Both the position numbers and the translations under genes were made by a program. 33,646 nt of DNA from a virus (lineage: Duplodnaviria; Caudoviricetes). Where the stretch lies: positions 1 through 33,646 of IMG/VR virus record IMGVR_UViG_3300043466_000290. One strand, 5' to 3'. The notes under the pieces are model-generated. The model was not told the origin of the DNA. It saw only the letters and a program-made list of their open reading frames with translations, and searched no databases. This document shows positions 16,901 through 25,572 of this stretch, piece by piece; position 1 is the stretch's first letter, and each line of letters begins with the position of its first letter.

Positions 16901-17456
16901 GGTAGATAAAGTAAAAAGCAATCCAAAGAATCCTAGATTAATAAAGGATGAGAAGTTTAAAAAACTTGTAAAGTCTATTAAGGATTTCCCTGAAATGGAA
17001 TCAGTACGACCTATTGTAGTTAATAAAGATATGGTTATACTTGGCGGTAATATGCGTTATAAAGCTATGATTGAATGCGGATATAAAGAAGTTAACGTTG
17101 AGGTAGTTGATTGGTCCGAACAAAAGCAAAACGAATTTATTATTAAAGACAATGTAGGATTTGGAGAATGGGAGTGGGAAATGGTTGCTAATGAATGGGA
17201 TGAGATTGAATTAAAGGATTGGGGATTGGACTTACCTATGTTTGCAGCACCGGTAGACTATTCAATTTTAGATGGTGAAGACTTATCCTCAGAAATAAAT
17301 GATATGATTAACGGAGTAAAAAAAGCCATACAAATAGAATTTGAAGCAGAACATTACGAACAGGCTTTTGAATTAGTTAAGTTTTGGAGAGACCAGAAAG
17401 CATATGTTGGAGGTATGATTATGGAATACCTAAAAGCAGAAAAGGAAAAGATATGA
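16887..17456 (+). CDS. ParB/Srx-like N-terminal domain protein
   Basis: NPKNPR...LVKSI...RPIVV...ILGGNMRYKA...IKDN motifs. Confidence 0.85.
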   Translation: MIKVKVDKVKSNPKNPRLIKDEKFKKLVKSIKDFPEMESVRPIVVNKDMVILGGNMRYKAMIECGYKEVNVEVVDWSEQKQNEFIIKDNVGFGEWEWEMVANEWDEIELKDWGLDLPMFAAPVDYSILDGEDLSSEINDMINGVKKAIQIEFEAEHYEQAFELVKFWRDQKAYVGGMIMEYLKAEKEKI

Positions 17457-18286
17457 AGGTATTTACATTTTATTATAATAGATATGAAACTGCAACTACC
17501 AGCATACAATTAAATAATAATGGTATTGAACATTTCGTATTATTACATAATGAAAATGATTTACAAAAATTTAATAAACATAATACAATTAAAGGGAAAC
17601 CAATAATCACAAATGAATCAAAGGGTTTGGCATACCAAAGGAATAAGGCTTTAGAAATGGTTGATACAGATGAATGGTGTGTATTTATGTGTGATGATTT
17701 TATTAGGATAAGGTCTTTACCAAAAGAATGGATAATAAGTAAAACAAATAATTTACCAATTAATTTTAATAATCAAAATAAATTTAGATTAAATACTTCA
17801 AACGATATTTCGTTAAAGCAAATGTTTGAATTGTTTCCGTACTTAATTAAATTAGCTGATAAAAATAATATTAGATTAATTGGTTTTGGATTACACGACA
17901 ATCCAATGAACTTAAAAAACAAATTTTCGCACAGGGGTTTAGCTGATGGAAGGTTTTGGTTAATAAAAAAAAGCGATTATGTATTTGATTTAAATGCACA
18001 GTTAATTGATGATGTCGCTTGGACTGCTGAAAACTTAGTTAGGCATAACAACGTATTGATATTAAATTGGCTTGTTCCATATTTTAAAAGATATTCGAGT
18101 GGTGGTTTTGGTTCAACTGAAGAAAGGAAAACACAGAGAAAAAAAGAATGCAATTATTTAGCAAACAAGTATAATCCGTTAGTTAAAGTTGCAAAAAAAC
18201 CTAATTGGGAATACGGTACTCATATAAGGTTATACGCAACTGATAATAACATTATAAAAGCAAAAAACAATTTAATTAAATGGTAA
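17453..18286 (+). CDS. GT-A fold glycosyltransferase (TET-associated type)
   Basis: KGLAYQRN...WCVFMCDD, IDD and GG motifs, adjacent to the TET/JBP gene. The real start is likely 17453 (ATGA overlap). Confidence 0.7.
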   Translation: MKVFTFYYNRYETATTSIQLNNNGIEHFVLLHNENDLQKFNKHNTIKGKPIITNESKGLAYQRNKALEMVDTDEWCVFMCDDFIRIRSLPKEWIISKTNNLPINFNNQNKFRLNTSNDISLKQMFELFPYLIKLADKNNIRLIGFGLHDNPMNLKNKFSHRGLADGRFWLIKKSDYVFDLNAQLIDDVAWTAENLVRHNNVLILNWLVPYFKRYSSGGFGSTEERKTQRKKECNYLANKYNPLVKVAKKPNWEYGTHIRLYATDNNIIKAKNNLIKW

Positions 18287-19071
18287 AAATAGATTTAATA
18301 AAAATACCAAACAATACAAAAATAGGAGATTCCTGTGAATTTATAGAACCTAATATAACTGATGATTGTATATTTTACGATGATGGTGAACCTATAGGTT
18401 TTTATATGAAACAAATGCCGGAAAAAATGCGCAAACTGGCAGACTTAGCAAATGTTGAGTTACTATCAAAAAATGTTCCAAAAACAGAAATGCAAAGACC
18501 AAAAATGTTAGGATTTGATAAAAATGGTAAAGGCATAATTGATAGGAGTTGCAAGCAATTTAGTACTATCATTGGAAGTGTAGCACCTAAGCCACATATG
18601 AGGAGAAATTATGGCAGCCAAAGTTCTGTACATTCGGTTAAAACTGCGCAAACATTTATTAAAGCAATGTTCTTATTAGCTAAGGAAAGCGAAAACCTAA
18701 TAAAAGAAATACTTCCTAAGCAGTACGAAATGCAAATTGAAATGTTTACTGATGTAAAAGACAAATGGAAGTTTGCTAATTTATTTACAAGTTCAATTTC
18801 TAACTTTAATATTTCAGCACCATTTCATCGGGACACAGGTAATATTCAAAACTGTGTAAACGTTATAATTTGCAAAAGGTTAAACAGTAAAGGCGGAGAT
18901 TTGCATATTCCAGATTATAATGCAACTATTGGACAAGTAGATAATTCTATACTGGTATATCCTGCTTGGAGAAATGTTCACGGAGTTACTCCAATTATAC
19001 CAACCTTTGAAGGAGGTTATCGTAATTCACTTATTTTTTATCCGCTTAAAGCATTTAAAGGTTTAGACTAA
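18280..19071 (+). CDS. TET/JBP-family 2-oxoglutarate/Fe(II) dioxygenase
   Basis: FTSSISNFN...HRDTGN, GGDL, HGVTPI and RNSLIFY give the HxD...H...RxS signature. Confidence 0.85.
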   Translation: MVKIDLIKIPNNTKIGDSCEFIEPNITDDCIFYDDGEPIGFYMKQMPEKMRKLADLANVELLSKNVPKTEMQRPKMLGFDKNGKGIIDRSCKQFSTIIGSVAPKPHMRRNYGSQSSVHSVKTAQTFIKAMFLLAKESENLIKEILPKQYEMQIEMFTDVKDKWKFANLFTSSISNFNISAPFHRDTGNIQNCVNVIICKRLNSKGGDLHIPDYNATIGQVDNSILVYPAWRNVHGVTPIIPTFEGGYRNSLIFYPLKAFKGLD

Positions 19072-19583
19072 TGAATAAGTGTAACGATATAGTACTGGAG
19101 ATATACAACCATCCTGACCTTATAAAAGCGATAAGCAAAACAAAGCCTGAATCAATACAAGATGATTTAAGACAAGAAATAGCGGTTAGCCTACTACTTC
19201 AGCCTTGTGATAAGATAAGTGCTTTATTCGCCTCTAATAACTTATTAAGGTATGCAATTAAGATATGTTGGTTTATGGCAACCTCTAAGACAAGTGAGTT
19301 TTATTATAAGTATAAAAAAAGTGATTTATTAAAGGCAGTTGAGTATTTTAATAGTCAATTAGATTTACCGATTATTCCTGAGAGTTTAGCAGAAGAGGCA
19401 ACAAAAGCGCTCACAAAAAATAATATAGACATAGAAACAGACCACGAAATAAGAATATTTAATAAATATGTAGAACTAGGTAGTAATAGAAAAGTAGCAG
19501 AATATTACGGAATACCAGTTAACCACGTTTGCAATATTACTAACAAAGTAAAAAAAGAATTAAAATGTATTTTACTACAATGA
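19071..19583 (+). CDS. Sigma-factor-like transcription regulator
   Basis: Region-2-like QDDLRQE and a region-4-like HTH, SNRKVAEYYGIPVNHVCNITNKVKKEL. Confidence 0.65.
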   Translation: MNKCNDIVLEIYNHPDLIKAISKTKPESIQDDLRQEIAVSLLLQPCDKISALFASNNLLRYAIKICWFMATSKTSEFYYKYKKSDLLKAVEYFNSQLDLPIIPESLAEEATKALTKNNIDIETDHEIRIFNKYVELGSNRKVAEYYGIPVNHVCNITNKVKKELKCILLQ

Positions 19584-19816
19584 TAACTACAATAGCAGCA
19601 TTTACCTTTGCTTATTATTTTATTAATGTATTTAATGGGCATATCATACTAAAGCGCATATTCAAAATACCTTTAATTAAAAGATTAAGACCCTTTGATT
19701 GTATCCAATGCCTAACGGTATGGAGTGCTGTATTATTTACATTTTTACCAATACATACAGTAGAACTAATAGCAATAATATTCGGAGCAGGATTTATATC
19801 AATTAAGATTAAATGA
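19565..19816 (+). CDS. Membrane protein with a CxxC motif
   Basis: Hydrophobic segments around PFDCIQCLTVW. The start may be 19580. Confidence 0.7.
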   Translation: MYFTTMITTIAAFTFAYYFINVFNGHIILKRIFKIPLIKRLRPFDCIQCLTVWSAVLFTFLPIHTVELIAIIFGAGFISIKIK

Positions 19817-20808
19817 ACATAATCGGAGTAACACATAAAGAATCAGGTTGCGGATATCATAGAGTAATGTTACCACTTGCTTTTATGAACGATATTAAAG
19901 GCTATGTAACCAATTATATAACAGAAGATAAGACCGATGATTGGGATATTTTACTGTATAATAGGATATGCCAATACGATTTAAATTGGAAGAAAACTAA
20001 GGAATTACTTGGATGTCAAGTAGTTATGGATATAGATGACCATTGGCAATTACCAGTTAATCATCTTTATTATAACACTTACCAAGATATAGCTGAAAGG
20101 ATTGAAAGAAATTTAATGCAGGCTGATTTAGTTACGGTTACCAATTCTAATTTATTGAATAAAGTAAAGCAGTTTAACGATAACGTAGTTGTAATGCCTA
20201 ATGCCTTACCCTATGGATTGAATCAGTTTAAAGATACTAGAGTTAAATCTGATAAGGTAAGATTGTTTTGGTGTGGGAGCATAAGCCACGATAACGATAT
20301 TAAGATTCTAAAAGAGCCGTTAAAAAGGTTACAAGGTAGAAAGGATATTCAAATGGTAATGGGTGGATATAACGATAGCGATGCTTATACTAAGTCAATA
20401 TGGGATAAAATGTTCTCTATGTTTACTGGTAATTTGCCATCAATCAAATTACATTCAGCTAGTCCTACTCAGTATATGGATATGTATAACTATGCTGATA
20501 TTGTATTAATACCTTTAGAAGATTCAGAATGGCACGCTTGCAAAAGCAATTTAAAAATATTAGAAGCAGCAGCAAAAAGATTGCCGGTCATTTGTTCAAA
20601 CGTAGCACCTTATAATATGGATGTAGATGCACCTGTATTATGGGTAAACAATCAAAAGGACTGGTTCAGGTATATTAATTTATTAACTAACAACCCAAGT
20701 CTAAGGGAAAATTTAGGCAACGAACTATATGCGTGGGCGTCCAAAAAATACAACTTCACCGAAATTAATCAACAACGATACGATGCCTACAAAAGCATTA
20801 TTAGTTGA
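19813..20808 (+). CDS. GT-B (family 1/4-like) glycosyltransferase
   Basis: SGCGYHR...P, MDIDD, ADIVLIPL...KSNLKILEA...PVICS...PY motifs. Confidence 0.85.
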   Translation: MNIIGVTHKESGCGYHRVMLPLAFMNDIKGYVTNYITEDKTDDWDILLYNRICQYDLNWKKTKELLGCQVVMDIDDHWQLPVNHLYYNTYQDIAERIERNLMQADLVTVTNSNLLNKVKQFNDNVVVMPNALPYGLNQFKDTRVKSDKVRLFWCGSISHDNDIKILKEPLKRLQGRKDIQMVMGGYNDSDAYTKSIWDKMFSMFTGNLPSIKLHSASPTQYMDMYNYADIVLIPLEDSEWHACKSNLKILEAAAKRLPVICSNVAPYNMDVDAPVLWVNNQKDWFRYINLLTNNPSLRENLGNELYAWASKKYNFTEINQQRYDAYKSIIS

Positions 20809-21022
20809 AAAAGAAACAAATGTAATATTTGATAAGCACAGGCATTACTACGACTTCTACCATAGGACAGGAGAGATAGTAAACTTTCATCACGACGTAC
20901 AAATAGAACTACTAAATGAATATCGTAGAGTAAAGGATGCTTATTATCATTATAACAATAATTGTAATGTTTGCGTAATTGATTTTTTAAACCTAATATA
21001 TAGATGGTATGATAACAACTAA
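20729..21022 (+). CDS. Hypothetical CxxC protein (true start uncertain, possibly 20783)
   Basis: C-terminal CNVC; fills the gap between the GT and the MTase. Confidence 0.55.
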   Translation: MRGRPKNTTSPKLINNDTMPTKALLVEKETNVIFDKHRHYYDFYHRTGEIVNFHHDVQIELLNEYRRVKDAYYHYNNNCNVCVIDFLNLIYRWYDNN

Positions 21023-21539
21023 AGAATTCCTAGAAAAAGAATTAGAATGGGGTATTAGTTTTGCTAATCCTGGTTTTAAGAACTTAGCATTAGTAACTGC
21101 TAAACAATTTACAGACTTACCAATTAAAACAGTAATGGACTTTGGTGCAGGTACTGGAGTTTACTCCGATGCCTTTCATAATGAGGGGTATGAAACCTTT
21201 GTTTATGAAATATGGGATGAGCATCAAGTTTATATTAAAGAGAATGCGCCACATCTTAATATCATTGATAAGCCAATTACAACCGATTTAATGGCATTTA
21301 TTGAAGTAGCGGAGCATATGACCGATAAAGAGATTCTAAGCCTATTTAAGAGCGTTAAACCTACTTATGTATTATTTAGTTCAACGAGTGAGAAAACGGA
21401 CTACGATGAACAATGGGGGCATATAAACGTAAAGCAACAAGCCGAATGGATAGCAATGTTTAAAAAATTGGGTTATGAATTAGATAGGCATTTATTTGCC
21501 CCTACATCTTGGAGTAAATTATTTAAACTATGTCTTTAG
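21009..21539 (+). CDS. Class I SAM-dependent methyltransferase (small-molecule/sugar type)
   Basis: MDFGAGTG, EVAEH and GHIN motifs. No DNA-MTase PC or NPPY/DPPY motif. Confidence 0.8.
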   Translation: MITTKEFLEKELEWGISFANPGFKNLALVTAKQFTDLPIKTVMDFGAGTGVYSDAFHNEGYETFVYEIWDEHQVYIKENAPHLNIIDKPITTDLMAFIEVAEHMTDKEILSLFKSVKPTYVLFSSTSEKTDYDEQWGHINVKQQAEWIAMFKKLGYELDRHLFAPTSWSKLFKLCL

Positions 21540-21913
21540 AGAAACAACCACACGGTGGATATTTAAATAGATATGAGAAAGGTGCAGCTTGGAAAGGTAA
21601 CCGTAATGGCAGACCAAGAAAGTATATCACCGAACTTGCACCACACGGGTATAAGAATGCTCAGGTAATGGATTGCATTCAGGTATTAATGGCAATGACT
21701 GTTGATGAGCTAAAAGCGGTATGGGATAATAAAGAAAGCACAATATTAGAAAAGACTTTGGCTAATGCTTTAATTAAGTCAATGGCTAAAGGTTCTTTAT
21801 ATTCAGTTGACACTTTACTATCAAGGGTTTATGGTAAACCAAAAGAAACTACTGCAGTAACACAGGATTCCAAAATAGAAGTAGTATTTGTTAAGGGCAA
21901 AACAATATTATGA
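21530..21913 (+). CDS. Putative terminase small subunit
   Basis: KG...GNRNGRPRK and LLSRVYGKP; immediately upstream of TerL. Confidence 0.7.
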   Translation: MSLEKQPHGGYLNRYEKGAAWKGNRNGRPRKYITELAPHGYKNAQVMDCIQVLMAMTVDELKAVWDNKESTILEKTLANALIKSMAKGSLYSVDTLLSRVYGKPKETTAVTQDSKIEVVFVKGKTIL

Positions 21914-23064
21914 TTTTAGAGTTACCAGAAGCGCATATTAATCAAACTAAGATACTCGAATCAAATGCAAGGTTTAGAGTTGTTATGTGTGGAAGGAGAT
22001 TTGGTAAGTCAGAACTATCTCAAGTTGAGATTATAAGCAATGCCATTTTAGGTATGAAGGTTGCCTATATTACACCTACCTATAAACTAGCCAAAACATT
22101 CTTTGAGAAACTTACTCAATGCGTACCTTTTGAAAATAACAAAAGCGATTTAACTATTCACTTTCCCAATATGGGAACTGTAGAATTCTTTACAGGAGAA
22201 AGATTAGATAACCTAAGAGGTCGAAAATTTCATTTAGTTGTTATTGATGAAGCTAGTTTTATATCAGACTTACAAGATGGGTGGCTAAATTCAATTAGAC
22301 CTACACTAACAGATTATCAAGGTAGAGCGTTATTCCTATCTACACCTAGAGGAAAGAATTATTTTTATTCTCTTTATATGAAAGGTGGGCAAAGAGATTG
22401 GGAAAGTTTTAAGTTCACTACATACGATAACCCTTATATTAAGACTTCAGAGATTAACGATGCAAAAGCGCAATTACCTAGTTCAGTATTTGAGCAGGAA
22501 TATATGGCTAACCCAATGGAGAATGCAGCCAATCCCTTTGGTGCTGAACACATTACAAAGTGTACTTGCTATTTAAGTTCAAACGAAGCAATGTATTATG
22601 GTATAGATTTGGCAAAGTCATTTGACTGGACTGTTATTATAGGACTAGATAGCGAAGGTAAGGTTTGCCACTTTGAAAGATTTCAAAAGGATTGGTTACA
22701 AACTAAAGAAACTATTAAACAGATACGAAAGCATAAACATATTTTTATTGATAGTACAGGAGTAGGCGATGCAATAGTTGAAGACCTACAAAAGTACTTT
22801 AATGATATGACAGGTTTTAAATACACTTCAACCAGTAAGCAGCAGTTAATGGAAAGTCTTGCTTCATCAATCCATAAAAAAGAAATTGGATTCCCAGAAG
22901 GACCAATTAAAGACGAATTAGAAATATTTGAATATCTATTTACTTCAACAGGAGTAAGGTATTCTGCACCATCAGGCTTTCACGATGACTGTGTAAATGC
23001 TTTGGCTTTAGCTAATAAATGCCGGATTGAGAACAGAGGAAGCGGTCAATATCACTTCATTTAA
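21910..23064 (+). CDS. Terminase large subunit
   Basis: GRRFGKS, LRG...VVIDEA, STPRG, GIDLA...D, DSTGVG and HDDCV motifs. Confidence 0.95.
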   Translation: MILELPEAHINQTKILESNARFRVVMCGRRFGKSELSQVEIISNAILGMKVAYITPTYKLAKTFFEKLTQCVPFENNKSDLTIHFPNMGTVEFFTGERLDNLRGRKFHLVVIDEASFISDLQDGWLNSIRPTLTDYQGRALFLSTPRGKNYFYSLYMKGGQRDWESFKFTTYDNPYIKTSEINDAKAQLPSSVFEQEYMANPMENAANPFGAEHITKCTCYLSSNEAMYYGIDLAKSFDWTVIIGLDSEGKVCHFERFQKDWLQTKETIKQIRKHKHIFIDSTGVGDAIVEDLQKYFNDMTGFKYTSTSKQQLMESLASSIHKKEIGFPEGPIKDELEIFEYLFTSTGVRYSAPSGFHDDCVNALALANKCRIENRGSGQYHFI

Positions 23065-23066
23065 TT

Positions 23067-23092
23067 ACATTTTTCAAAAACTTATATAATAG
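23067..23092 (+). promoter_or_regulatory. Candidate late promoter ACA-N13-WATATAWTA
   Basis: The same spaced motif occurs at 29329 and 30074. Confidence 0.5.
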
Positions 23093-23095
23093 ATT

Positions 23096-23737
23096 ATGAC
23101 AATTAAGCAATTTCAAGAGTTGTACTATGTGGCTACTTCCGAAGATTTGGACTTTGATAAGTCAATTAAAATGGTGGGAATAGTTACAGGCAAAACACCT
23201 GAACAAGTAGAAAGGATGTCAATGATAAAGTTTAATTTCTTATGCGGTATGGTACATAGACAATTTAAAATATTTGAAAAGGATTTACTAAAGGGTAAAC
23301 CTAAAAAGATTGTAAGAGTAGGAAAGCGATTTTATAGAATTAACTATGATGTAACAAAATGTAAATCAAGCACTTATGTAGAGGTATCAACCTTTAGTAC
23401 TGAGGTAATTCAGAACTTGCATAAGATAATGGCTTCAATAGTTACACCTATTAAATTTAAATGGGGTAAATGGGTAGAACACGAAGAACTAGCAAGTGAT
23501 TTAGAACAGATGGATTTTGAGGTTGCATATCACGCAGCGGTTTTTTTTTACACTTTATTCAACGCATCAATGCAGGTTATCCAGCCTTATTTGGTAAACG
23601 AGATGATAAAGAAAGGGATAGCGAAGGAGAAAGCGGAGGAGATACTGATGAATTCACAAAGCATTTTGGATGGCTTTACAATGCCAAGATGGTCGCAGAC
23701 TTCGAAGGAATACCTGTTGAATCGGTTTGGAATTTAA
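23096..23737 (+). CDS. Putative tail assembly chaperone (0-frame product)
   Basis: Contains the slippery site G GTT TTT TTT at 23539-23549. Confidence 0.65.
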   Translation: MTIKQFQELYYVATSEDLDFDKSIKMVGIVTGKTPEQVERMSMIKFNFLCGMVHRQFKIFEKDLLKGKPKKIVRVGKRFYRINYDVTKCKSSTYVEVSTFSTEVIQNLHKIMASIVTPIKFKWGKWVEHEELASDLEQMDFEVAYHAAVFFYTLFNASMQVIQPYLVNEMIKKGIAKEKAEEILMNSQSILDGFTMPRWSQTSKEYLLNRFGI

Positions 23738-23814
23738 AAGTAATTCATTTTTTAAATGACCTACTTTATTTAAAATTAAAAATAGAAAATGAGCATAGGC
23801 AAAAGTCAAATTGA
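23548..23814 (+). CDS. -1 frameshift extension of the tail assembly chaperone
   Basis: The -1 frame is open for 88 codons from the T9 run: LHFIQRINAGYPALF...FGWLYNAKMVADFEG...FLNDLLYLK...SN*. Confidence 0.7.
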   Translation, partial: LHFIQRINAGYPALFGKRDDKERDSEGESGGDTDEFTKHFGWLYNAKMVADFEGIPVESVWNLKVIHFLNDLLYLKLKIENEHRQKSN

Positions 23815-24427
23815 CGCTTTAATTAAAGGTAAATTAGGTAAAACAGATTTCTCTATTGAGGATACTGCTAATTTAGATTTAAATAATCCGACATTGGCAT
23901 TGTTTTTTGAATATGCTAAAATATTTCAAGAAGAAGTTAGGGAGCAAATTAAAAATAAAAATATAACTTCTAGCGGTAAACTTGCAGACAATATTGATGT
24001 AGTTGCAAATGAGAAAGGTACAGGCATTTACATTAGTATGATTGATTATTATGATTTTGTAAATAAGGGAGTTAAGGGTGTTAATAGTAGTAAGAATGCA
24101 CCGAGCAGTCCGTATCAATATAAAACATACGGAATGCCTGAAACTGCAAGAAAGGGATTAAAGGAATATATCAATAGTGGTAAAGCAAGTATAAGAGTAG
24201 TAAATACAAAAAAAACAACAATAGGAGCAGAGCAAAAGAAAGAATCATTAATAGATTTAAAGGTTAATCAATTAGTTTATAATATTAAAAAGTACGGTAT
24301 AAAAACAACAAGTTATTTAGATAATGCTTTGAATGAGGTATTACCTAAACTAAATGAAGATATGCTTAATTTAATAGGAAGAACAATAGTAATACAAATA
24401 GGGCAACCTAAAAAGAAAAAGAAATGA
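23789..24427 (+). CDS. Putative neck/tail completion protein (HK97 gp10-like)
   Basis: SGKLADNI, YYDFVNKG and IKKYGIK...Y motifs; basic protein. Confidence 0.55.
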   Translation: MSIGKSQIDALIKGKLGKTDFSIEDTANLDLNNPTLALFFEYAKIFQEEVREQIKNKNITSSGKLADNIDVVANEKGTGIYISMIDYYDFVNKGVKGVNSSKNAPSSPYQYKTYGMPETARKGLKEYINSGKASIRVVNTKKTTIGAEQKKESLIDLKVNQLVYNIKKYGIKTTSYLDNALNEVLPKLNEDMLNLIGRTIVIQIGQPKKKKK

Positions 24428-25572
24428 GTATAACAATTAATTCAAATCCTCCAAGTGGTTCAACTGCACAGGATGATTTATGGCACGTAGCAACAAGTAC
24501 TGCATCGGCTTCAACAGATATGAAATATATATTTGAGGTTTATGTAGGTGGTAGTAAAAAATTATCAGTAAGACAATTCCCTGAGCCATCTAATGGAAAG
24601 GGATATTTTAATGCAGGTGCAACTGTACGTAATTCAATTACATTTAACTGGTTTGAACCATTGGGGACTGCTTATGTTTACCAACCTAATGTAAGCGGAG
24701 AAATGGGTGTACAATATGAGATAAGAGTAGGGGATGAAGTAAACGGAGTAGCAGCACTAAATCAAGCCTCTGCAACTACACAGGTATTTAATTACATTGC
24801 TCCTTTGTTTAAACGTAGAACAATAGGTATATCGGCTAAATTAAATAAATGGTTAACCAATAGACCAAACTATGCTAACACAAAACTAGGAGAAAATCTA
24901 TATATACCATTTTACACCAATACAAGTTTAAATTTAAAATGCTCTACTTATAACGAATCAAACAACCTTATAGCAACTGCATCAGGAAGTACCACTGCAG
25001 TTACTAATGGTTTTGTTCAAATGAATATAGGCAGCAGCGCAATATCAACTAACTTAGGAATAACGATTGACGATAGTGTTAAATACTATGAAGTTTGGTT
25101 TAATAGCTTTGATAAAATAAGAGTTAACGTAGTTTGCAATCCTAAGTACGAACCTATTAATATTCATTTTATGAATGCTTGGGGAATGTGGGATAGTGAA
25201 AGGTTTGATTTAGTAAGTAAATTGAATATGAATGTAGAACGTAAAGCATACGAGCAAAGAGATTATAGGTTTAACGGTAATTCAGTAGACTACAAAAGCG
25301 CATCTAATAGATATTATGAAGGTGCAACTAATTATAGTAATAAGGCAACCTATACCTATAAACTTACTGCAGATGCCTTAACGGATGATGAATATACTTG
25401 GATGGCAGATATTATAACAAGTCCACAAATATTGATGGAAATAGACGGTTATTTTTATCCAGTTACATTGACAGATAATAACTATGAATTCAGCAAAAAT
25501 GTATTTAACAAATTAAAGCCATTGGAACTGACATTTAATATGAATCAAACTAGATACTCACAATTAAGATAA
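24424..25572 (+). CDS. Tail structural protein (distal-tail-like)
   Basis: Beta-rich with FMNAWGMWD...IITSP; in the tail module. Confidence 0.55.
   Translation: MSITINSNPPSGSTAQDDLWHVATSTASASTDMKYIFEVYVGGSKKLSVRQFPEPSNGKGYFNAGATVRNSITFNWFEPLGTAYVYQPNVSGEMGVQYEIRVGDEVNGVAALNQASATTQVFNYIAPLFKRRTIGISAKLNKWLTNRPNYANTKLGENLYIPFYTNTSLNLKCSTYNESNNLIATASGSTTAVTNGFVQMNIGSSAISTNLGITIDDSVKYYEVWFNSFDKIRVNVVCNPKYEPINIHFMNAWGMWDSERFDLVSKLNMNVERKAYEQRDYRFNGNSVDYKSASNRYYEGATNYSNKATYTYKLTADALTDDEYTWMADIITSPQILMEIDGYFYPVTLTDNNYEFSKNVFNKLKPLELTFNMNQTRYSQLR

Noticed and set aside
21009-21539. DNA methyltransferase supplying 5mC to TET
   Set aside because: It has no PC/ENV or NPPY/DPPY motifs and is too short; it looks like a small-molecule MTase.
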